From assembly GCF_006345805.1 (NCBI RefSeq), contig NW_021828276.1, forward strand, positions 1 to 8,909: a stretch of DNA of 8,909 nucleotides. Direction: 5' to 3'. This DNA comes from Octopus sinensis (lineage: Eukaryota). The stretch's first letter is position 1, and each line of letters begins with the position of its first letter. The translations under genes were made by a program, and so were the position numbers. Below, piece by piece: positions 1-7,560 of this stretch. The notes under the pieces were generated by a model. It had not been told where the DNA came from and did not search any database. It was given only the letters and a program-made list of their open reading frames with translations.

Positions 1-4
1 AAAG

Positions 5-8
<4 letters not shown>

Positions 9-41
<33 letters not shown>

Positions 42-80
42 TAATAATAATAATAAGAATAATAATAATATAATTATAAA
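9..80 (+). repeat. (TAA)n microsatellite, slightly degenerate; 5' flank of Dong-like copy 1
   Basis: Direct reading: AAT units with a few interruptions. Confidence 0.95.
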
Positions 81-427
81 ATGTGGAAGCTGAAGACTAA
101 AACAATACCTGTTGTCATAGGTGCCCTGGGAATGATAGCAAATGGGGCTGATTGCTACCTAATTCAGATACCAGGAAGCCCCAAAATGGCAGAAATTCAA
201 ATGATAGTGCTCATGAGAGCTGCTCATATCCTACGCAAAATACTTTCTATGTAATCTCAAGTTTTAAAACAAACATAATTTTCGTATGTTTTTTCAGACA
301 TTCACTAGTACAACAAATATATGGCACACTAGGCATAACAACAACATGAACTTCCAACATGTTGTCTCTTGAGGTCTCTGGGTGAGACTTGGAGCCAACT
401 TGTACAAATGTAAAGCAAAAGTCAAAC

Positions 428-429
<2 letters not shown>
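79..429 (+). mobile_element. 5'-truncated R4/Dong-like non-LTR retrotransposon, copy 1 (C-terminal end of RLE domain plus 3' UTR)
   Basis: 81-254 translates to MWKLKTKTIPVVIGALGMIANGADCYLIQIPGSPKMAEIQMIVLMRAAHILRKILSM*, below the ORF-track length cutoff. It has 10 mismatches in 174 nt against the reverse complement of 7744-7917. The 3' UTR ends at GTCAAACAT, directly followed by (AAT)21. Confidence 0.9.

Positions 430-492
<63 letters not shown>
430..492 (+). repeat. Perfect (AAT)21 between Dong-like copies 1 and 2
   Basis: Direct reading. Confidence 0.97.
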
Positions 493-493
<1 letters not shown>

Positions 494-739
494 TGCAAAA
501 TACTCTCTATGTAATCCCAAGGTTTAAAACAATTTTTTTAATTTTTACTTTTTATTTTTTTAATTTTTTATTATTATTATTATTTTTTATGTATTAGACA
601 TTCACTAGTACAACACCAAAAAAACCCCAAAAAACAAAATAACCCAAAATATGGCACAGAACTTCCAACCTGTTGTCCTCTTGAGGTCTCTGGTGAGACT
701 TGGAGCCAACTTGTACAGACATAAACAAAAGTCAAACAT
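493..739 (+). mobile_element. Very short 5'-truncated Dong-like copy 2 (last codons plus 3' UTR, with internal T-rich and A/C-rich expansions)
   Basis: Starts ATGCAAAATACTCTCTATGTAA, matching copy 1 233-254 ACGCAAAATACTTTCTATGTAA. Shares AGACATTCACTAGTACAACA and GAGGTCTCTG(G)GTGAGACTTGGAGCCAACTTGTACA, and ends at the same GTCAAACAT. Confidence 0.88.
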
Positions 740-743
740 ATAA

Positions 744-792
<49 letters not shown>

Positions 793-895
793 TATAATAA
801 TAATATAATTATTATTATTATGATAATGATAATGATAATGATAATGATAATAGTAATAGTAATAATAATAATAATAATAATGAGGAGGAGGAGGA
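744..895 (+). repeat. Compound triplet array (TAA)n/(TTA)/(TGATAA)n/(TAGTAA)/(GGA)n
   Basis: Direct reading. Confidence 0.93.
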
Positions 896-1074
896 TTTCA
901 AATTTTGGTACAAGGCCAGCAATTTTGAGGAAGGGATAAGTCGATTAAATCGACCACGGAGGGATGAAAGGCAAAGTCGACCTCATCGGAATTTGAACTC
1001 AGAACGTAACGACGGACGAAATGCCGCTAAGCATTTTGCTTGGCGTGCTAACGTTTCTGCCATCTCGCCGCCTT
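896..1074 (-). mobile_element. tRNA-derived SINE (octopus-type family), apparently with an internal deletion
   Basis: The minus strand starts AAGGCGGCGAGATGGCAGAAACGTTAGCACGCC, with an A-box-like TGGCAGAAACG and a B-box GAGTTCAAATTCC (GTTCRANNC). It continues GAGGTCGACTTTGCCTTTCATCC...GGTCGATTTAATCGACTT and ends GCTGGCCTTGTACCAAAATTTGAAA. Family recognised from memory; exact name not assigned. Confidence 0.8.
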
Positions 1075-1081
1075 AATAACT

Positions 1082-1174
<93 letters not shown>

Positions 1175-1179
1175 TAATA
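1075..1179 (+). repeat. (AAC)n-(AAT)n compound microsatellite
   Basis: Direct reading. Confidence 0.95.
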
Positions 1180-1382
1180 GTTTATGTAGCAGAGGAACGG
1201 CTGGTGAATGGAACACTTCAAGGACAGTTTACAATTTGTTTTCGGTGAAGGGGTTTGGAGAAACGAGTCAGACAGAATACATAATATACAAAATATGGGA
1301 AAACATAGAGGGTGCTATCCACTAGAGAGCCCGCAACTGGAGCCATAAATGGAATGTCAAAGATCAATATTTCCCTTGGTCG

Positions 1383-1678
1383 TCAAAGATACAGGCCCAA
1401 CTTTTCTTCAACATGCTTAGAGTAGCTCCATTCACTGTGACCATTTTTTTCCCTTTTATACCAGAGTAAGCTATCTTTTGAGAAATTCACTGGGAGTGAG
1501 CACTTCCCTTTCGGTTTCACTTTCCTTTCCAATGGTGTGGGAGCGGGGAACTTGAAAGAGTCGATGAGAGTTTGATCGCAAAGGAAAGTGTCTACCTCAC
1601 CCGCTTCAGTCCTTTCAACCCCATTCACCAGATAAGGTATGGCATAGCTATCGTCCATTAGAACACTGGCTGCTCTGC
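1383..1678 (-). other. Candidate coding exon of unknown identity (possible downstream exon of the RING gene)
   Basis: Non-repetitive open frame (G)RAASVLMDDSYAIPYLVNGVERTEAGEVDTFLCDQ...EEKLGLYL*. It is preceded by branch-point-like CTAAT (1710-1706), a pyrimidine tract and the first downstream AG at 1680-1679. No recognisable domain. Confidence 0.22.
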
Positions 1679-1720
1679 CTTATTAAAGCAGGAGGGTGGA
1701 GCAATATTAGCAACGAAGTA

Positions 1721-2160
1721 GGAGGAGGGAGAGGGGGGAGGAGGAGGATGAGGATGAGAAGAAGAAGAAGAAGAAGAAGAAGAGGAACAAGGAGAGGGAA
1801 AAGAAGAAGAGGAAAAGAAAAAAAGAAGATGAAGAAGAAGAAGAAGAAGAGGAAAAAGAAGAAGAGGGAAAAGAAGAAGGGGAAAAGAAAAAAGAAGAGG
1901 AAGAAGAAGAAGAGGAAAAAGAAGAAGAGGGAAAAGAAGATGACGAAGAAGAACAAGAAGAAGAAGAAGAAGAAGGAGAGGGAAAAGAAGAAGAGGAAAA
2001 GAAAAAAGAAGAGGAAGATGAAGAAGAAGAAGAAGAAGAAGAGGGAAAAGAAGAAGAGGAAAAAGAAGAAGAGGAAAAAGAAGATGAAGAAGAAGAAGAA
2101 GATTAAGACGATTAAGAAGGTTAAGAAGAAGAAGAAGAATTTAAAGGAAAAAAAGCATAA
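1721..2160 (+). repeat. Polypurine (GAA)n-derived tract with a recurring GAGGGAAAAGAAGAAGAGGAAAA module
   Basis: Almost exclusively G/A over about 400 nt. Module seen near 1794, 1864, 1978 and 2041, with a partial copy near 1927. Confidence 0.9.
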
Positions 2161-2391
2161 AATGAAGCGAAGTACCGAACAATGAACAAAAGGTACGAAG
2201 TACGAAAGAAAAAAGAGAGAAGGAACGAAAGAAAAGACACAATGTTGTTCGAGTCGCTGTTGTTGTTTGGCGTGCTAAGTGGAATATTTGTTAGTAAAGG
2301 GTCAGAGTCTCTAATGACATGTTTTGTGTGCAGGCAAAGCAACACCTGACAAAAGATATGCCGACATCTTGTTGTCCACGTTAATGTTGTT

Positions 2392-2397
<6 letters not shown>

Positions 2398-2475
<78 letters not shown>
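2398..2475 (+). repeat. Perfect (GTA)26
   Basis: Direct reading. Confidence 0.97.
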
Positions 2476-2559
2476 ATTGCTGTTGTTCTTTGCATTTGCT
2501 GTTGCTGTTCTTGTCTTTTCACGCATGAATGCAATTTCTAAGTACACGAATTTGTGTGT

Positions 2560-2713
2560 AAATAAGTATGTATGTGTGCGTGAGTATGTCCCCCCGCCCA
2601 CACACTCATACATATATACATACATACGTACATACATACATATATATATATACATATACACACACACATATATGTATGTATGCATATATAACACACACGT
2701 TATACATACAAGA

Positions 2714-2748
<35 letters not shown>

Positions 2749-2778
2749 ATACTTAAGGAATGCTATATCCATATGTAC

Positions 2779-2827
<49 letters not shown>

Positions 2828-3130
2828 ATATATATATGTATATATTATACTCGAAAATGCCATAATCCATATGTATAGTCACACACACACACATATAGAA
2901 AGAGCAACACATACACGTAAATATGTTCGGGTGTTTGTATGTATTCGCATGTATGTATGTATGTGTGTACGTATACATGTATACATATATGTGTGTATGT
3001 ATGTATGTATGTATGTATGTATGTATGTATGTATGCGCGCTTATATAGGTCTGCCTACCTGCACGCACGCTCTTTTATGTATGTGCTTACCTGCGTGCGT
3101 TTGTGTATGTGTGTATGTGTGTGCGTGTCT
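2560..3130. repeat. Compound (AT)n/(AC)n/(ATGT)n microsatellite region
   Basis: Direct reading; source of the Y/I/V/C/M-rich spurious ORFs. Confidence 0.9.
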
Positions 3131-3375
3131 TCACATGAGTTTTGCTATGCGATACTTCCCATAATAGTCAGTGCACATTTAATGGCGGAACGATAAAGTT
3201 AGTCTACCCAAACATGTGTAGCGTCGAAATTATTCGCTCCTAGATTTCTTATTTCTACACCCAAGTAAACAGAGTTGCTTTTGTCTTGCCGGAAACACCG
3301 CAGAATTCTTCAGCTTTGGGCAATTGAATCTGCTATAATAACACTGTTGGAATAGCATAATGAACGTAATGTGAG

Positions 3376-3840
3376 CATACACACACACATTTATTTGTAT
3401 GTGTGAGTGTGTTTGCATACGTGGAAAGGTGTATGTATATACCCATTTCCATACATATACGAATACATATACATAAATATCATATTCATATTTCTATATG
3501 TACGAATATATATATATATATATATAATATTTGTGTCATATATATATATACATATATACATGAATACATATTTATGTGTGTGAGTGTATATATATATATC
3601 TACCCACACACATACACCATATACATGTACACAAATACACACAAATTTATATATATATATACATATATATTTATGTATGTATACATGTGTATGTATATAT
3701 ATATATATATATAATATATATATATATATATTATACTACATACACGCACATAAATATAGCCATTTAAATAAATATATATATACATATTCACACACTCGCA
3801 TGCACGTGCTCTCCCACATAGCCACATGTACATACACATA
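3376..3840. repeat. Compound (AT)n/(AC)n/(GT)n microsatellite region
   Basis: Direct reading. Confidence 0.9.
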
Positions 3841-4119
3841 CTTACACAGACATTCTGTTCCAACCACTTAAGTGCAAATCTGGCAGCGAATATGACCTAC
3901 ATAGGTGCGGTGTCGTTTTTTGTCGCCTTGTTTATTTATACGAGGTTCAGATTGATTTGGGTAAGAAAGTACAAACCTCTTCCTCTTTCGGGATGTCTTA
4001 TAATTCTTCAGGGGAAACACGTTCTTTGGTAATGTATATATTTTTAGAGATAGAGTGGAAAGGATCGATTGATAAGGGAAAATGTTGGGTACTCCAGTTG
4101 ACAGACATAGGTGTTGAGA

Positions 4120-4645
4120 CAGAGAGATAGAAAGATAGATTGATAGATAGATAAATAGATAGAAAGAGAGAGATGGGGTGAGTGAGAGTACATACATATA
4201 TACATACATGTATACATACATGCATATATAGACAGACAGATACACATACATACATGCATATATGCATAGACAGACAAACAGACAGACAAGCAGACAGAAA
4301 AACTGGCAGACAGACAGACAGATAGATAAATAGACGAATAGATAAATCGATAAGTAGATACGTACATGCATTTATACATACATACATACATACATACATA
4401 CATACATACATACATACATACGTACATACATACATACATACATACATACATACATACATACATACATACATACATGCATACATGCATACATACGTACATA
4501 CATATAAATACACATACATGATCAGATAGATACATAGACTGACGGAGAAACAGACAGACAAATAGATATATATATATATATACAGAGAGAGAGAGAGAGA
4601 GAGAGGCAGTGGGAAAGAGAAATAGAAAGACAGACAGATGCATAG
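4120..4645 (+). repeat. Tetranucleotide mosaic (GATA)n/(CATA)n/(GACA)n plus (TA)n and (GA)n
   Basis: Direct reading; long (CATA)n at about 4375-4500. Confidence 0.92.
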
Positions 4646-4791
4646 ATCATTCTTTTTTTTCTCCTATTTTCTTTTCCAGTATTCTCTAAAACATGTTATA
4701 TACGCAGAAACAAATATTTCATTAAATACATTAATTTTGATACAGTAGCAGCATATGAACAGAAAATGGCCGCATTTGTTTGTACAGAAAA

Positions 4792-4793
<2 letters not shown>

Positions 4794-4860
<67 letters not shown>

Positions 4861-4870
4861 TGTGTGTGTA

Positions 4871-4930
<60 letters not shown>
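4794..4930 (+). repeat. (TG)n of about 137 nt with a short interruption near 4858-4876
   Basis: Direct reading. Confidence 0.97.
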
Positions 4931-4933
<3 letters not shown>

Positions 4934-5280
4934 TTCTAGATGTCTTGAATAATACTTATAATACTTACATATGAAAATGGCAGACTGAACTACGTGGTTG
5001 TCTGGTAGGTGCTATCTAAATTCCAGTGAACAGTTATTTGTGTCTGGGTTAGAAACCGGGACTTTCTGCGTTGGTGAGACATTTCAAATATAAAAAAAAT
5101 TTTACACACGCGCACATACACACATACAGAGTGAGAGAATCGTCGTGTATGCGAATATGTATGTGCTCACACGGCACCATAAACAACAAACTTATGACTA
5201 CACGTATGTAGATATTTTTATTTAATCTCATGCATTTACATATCGTACCAAATTACCGAAGATAATCTTGTTGCTTATTT

Positions 5281-5282
<2 letters not shown>

Positions 5283-5327
<45 letters not shown>

Positions 5328-5330
5328 GTG

Positions 5331-5361
<31 letters not shown>

Positions 5362-5373
5362 TGTATATATAAT

Positions 5374-5403
<30 letters not shown>
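5283..5403. repeat. (TA)n-(TG)n-(TA)n compound microsatellite
   Basis: Direct reading. Confidence 0.93.
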
Positions 5404-5405
<2 letters not shown>

Positions 5406-5632
5406 CTCTTTTACTCTTTTACTCTTTTACTTGTTTCAGTCATTTGACTGCGGCCATGCTGGAGCACCGCCTTTAGTCGAGCAAATCGACCCCGGGACTT
5501 ATTCTTTGTAAGCCCAGTACTTATTATATCGCGTTCTCTTTTGCCGAACCGCTAAGTGGTAGGGGCGTAAACACACCAGCATCGGTTGTCAAGCGATGTT
5601 GGGGGGCAAACACAGACACACAAAACACACAC
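5404..5632 (-). mobile_element. 3' half of an octopus-type SINE with a tandem (AAAGAGTA)3 tail; tRNA head absent
   Basis: The minus strand reads ...CTTAGCGGTTCGGCAAAAGAG...AATAAGTCCCGGGGTCGATTTGCTCGACTAAAGGCGGTGCTCCAGCATGGCCGCAGTCAAATGACTGAAACAAGT, then an 8-nt tandem tail (TACTCTTT x3 at 5404-5427 on +). Short tandem tails are typical of SINEs mobilised by non-L1 LINEs. Family recognised from memory. Confidence 0.8.
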
Positions 5633-5633
5633 T

Positions 5634-5667
<34 letters not shown>

Positions 5668-5749
5668 ATATATATATATATGTACATATAATATATGTGT
5701 GTGTGTAGAGAGAGAGGAGGGGGAGGAAAATAGATAGATAGATAGATAG

Positions 5750-5785
<36 letters not shown>
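5633..5785 (+). repeat. (TA)n/(TG)n/(GA)n/(GATA)n compound microsatellite
   Basis: Direct reading. Confidence 0.9.
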
Positions 5786-5823
5786 AAATGGATGTACAAC
5801 ACAACAGTCTTTCTGGTACTCGA

Positions 5824-6162
5824 TCAGTGATGCAATGTCAAAGAACTGACGTTAGGTGAAATTAATTTGTCTTTTTCTTTCCACAATCTAATAAGTTGTT
5901 TGACTCGAAAATCAACCGGATAACACTGAGCCAAGTTCTCCGTTTCGGCCCCGGCCGGTGCGAATATCTGCTTCCCACATCTAGGACACGGGAAGTAATG
6001 CTCAGAGCGTAACAGACCGTAAAATGTATTGATATAGATCTGTAAACATTGGGTGCAGAATGAGTGAAGGCAATCCAACGTTCGTGGTTTAACTTTAAAT
6101 CTTTCACAGATCTGACATCTTATTATCTCTTCTGTCGAATTATATCCCGAAGTATCCGCCAT
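5824..6162 (-). CDS. RING-HC (C3HC4) zinc-finger E3 ubiquitin ligase N-terminus, TRIM2/3/45/56/71-like; probable first coding exon (6162-5851 if spliced)
   Basis: C16-x2-C19-x11-C31-x-H33-x2-C36-x2-C39-x19-C59-x2-C62, with TRIM-typical PRTLDCLHSFCxxCL, FPCPxC and a downstream YPVDF. The ATG has a strong Kozak context (ACGATGG) and an in-frame upstream TAA. Candidate phase-0 donor AAC|GTCAGT at 5851/5850. Confidence 0.88.
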   Translation of the reverse strand: MADTSGYNSTEEIIRCQICERFKVKPRTLDCLHSFCTQCLQIYINTFYGLLRSEHYFPCPRCGKQIFAPAGAETENLAQCYPVDFRVKQLIRLWKEKDKLISPNVSSLTLHH

Positions 6163-6168
6163 CGTAGA

Positions 6169-6203
6169 TAGTGATTTCAGCTGGTTGCGTTTGGAGTTTT
6201 ATA
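6169..6203 (-). promoter_or_regulatory. Candidate TATA box plus initiator for the RING gene
   Basis: TATAAAA at 6203-6197 lies 31 nt upstream of the A in TCACT (6172). Motif and spacing only. Confidence 0.22.
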
Positions 6204-6924
6204 AATGCCTTTCTGTTTAAATCTTTTCTTTGTAGATCACTTTCTCTTATAGTATTTTCCTCAATATATTATGAAAGCCTTACAACATCTCTTTCATTCC
6301 TTTTCTTTTTCTTTTTCTCACTTTCTTCCCTTCTTTTTCGCTCTCAATCACCCTACAAATTTTCTCTCCGGTAAAACTGTTCGTCTCGGTCACTCAAACA
6401 TGCAGTTCTTCACTGCTCTTTTATGAATCGAGATAAACCAATTTCACTTCCTCGTAGAGTCTCCAAAATCAACTTAAAATCGAACTTCTTCCAAACCGAA
6501 CTTACTTTAAAACTTTGGTTTTTTCTGGTCTATGGTGAAACTTTTTACTTTTTTCTTATTTTATATTTATTTTATTTTAATTTTCTTGATGCAGTTGTAT
6601 TCCACTACTCTCTCCGCGACTCTGTTAATTTCGACTTTTACTTAATTTACTAAAAATAAACTTTTAATACCGCTTTGGTCTTTTATATGAAATTTCTATA
6701 CCAATTTACTCCGTGTAGTTTATCAAGATTCATGTTAGTTTTCAGTATTCTTTCTTTTCTTTTCTTTTCTTTTTTCTTGTATCTTCCTTCTTTCTAAATG
6801 AAATTCTCTCTTGTACAAAAAGCAGAATGGTAAGAACAAAGGACTTTGAAACTGGCTTCCTTTCGACTTCAATAAGTCTCTTTCAATGACGACTTCAGTA
6901 ATGAAAGGAAAAGAAATTAATGAA

Positions 6925-7100
6925 TATATATATATGTGTGTGTGTGCGTGTGTGTGTGTATCTGAGTGTGTATATATACATTTCTATACGTGCGCATGTA
7001 CGTATATGTGTGCGTGTATTATATATATATATACAGTAGTATATAAACACACACACAAACACATAAAAGAGTGTGGGTATGTGGGTATGTGTGTATGCAA
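6925..7100. repeat. Degenerate (AT)/(GT)/(AC) microsatellite region
   Basis: Direct reading. Confidence 0.8.
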
Positions 7101-7199
7101 TAATGCGCTTACCCATACACAACAGAAATAACTTTAACCTTTGGATTAAGTTATACAAATGTGTTTGTAAACCACCAGTATTGTTTAGGAAATGTATAG

Positions 7200-7266
7200 A
7201 TGGATGGATGGATAGATTGATAGATAGATTGATAGATAGATAGATAGACAGAGAGAGAGAGAGAGA
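7200..7266 (+). repeat. (GATG)n/(GATA)n/(GA)n
   Basis: Direct reading. Confidence 0.9.
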
Positions 7267-7420
7267 TCAAAGGTCATATACCACACCCACTGGCTGACAC
7301 CACTCTACATTCAATTTTTAATAAGTCTCAATTTTGTCGTTGTGTTTCTTGCCTTTGACCAGAACTACTGTTACCACTAAAGAATTTTCTTTTCATTCTA
7401 TGTACAACTTTAATTAAAGA

Positions 7421-7485
7421 TTATCATCATCATCATCATCATCATCATCACCACCACCACCACTACCACTACCACCACCACCACC

Positions 7486-7519
<34 letters not shown>

Positions 7520-7560
7520 TCACCATCATCATCATCTTCGTCATTATTACTATTATTTTT
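7421..7560 (+). repeat. Compound triplet array (ATC)n-(ACC)n-(ATC)n-(ATT); 3' flank of Dong-like copy 3
   Basis: Direct reading. Confidence 0.93.

Noticed and set aside
9-895. Repeat-spacer alternation superficially like a CRISPR array
   Set aside because: The 'spacers' are homologous retroelement 3' ends and the 'repeats' are variable-length microsatellites; eukaryotic context, no cas genes.
1010-1074. tRNA gene
   Set aside because: It has Pol III A/B boxes but no convincing cloverleaf and continues into SINE body sequence; treated as a SINE head.
247-1248. Poly-Asn and poly-Ile ORFs (247-498, 382-597, 700-939, 1021-1248; also 8470-8709)
   Set aside because: Translations of (TAA)n arrays plus off-frame retroelement or SINE sequence.
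1255-1420. Possible degraded CR1/L2-type LINE 3' remnant on + (YIIYKIWENIEG; AQLFFNML)
   Set aside because: Only two short motif resemblances, with spacing shorter than I would expect; cannot be supported without a profile search.
1748-2185. 145-aa poly-Lys/Arg ORF as a protamine-like or nuclear protein
   Set aside because: It is simply one reading frame of the GAA-derived purine tract, which lacks stop codons by composition; no unique sequence.
2311-4974. Numerous Y/I/V/C/M-rich ORFs of 60-199 aa
   Set aside because: Di- and tetranucleotide microsatellites translated in stop-free frames.
5862-6107. Overlapping 81-aa alternative-frame ORF inside the RING exon; also + ORFs 6171-6374 and 6423-6653
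   Set aside because: No motif content; shadow or T-rich low-complexity frames.
7264-7360. TCF/LEF-like AGATCAAAGG overlapping AAAGGTCA, and CCTTTGACC nearby
   Set aside because: Short motifs, partly formed by the end of a (GA)n repeat; expected by chance.
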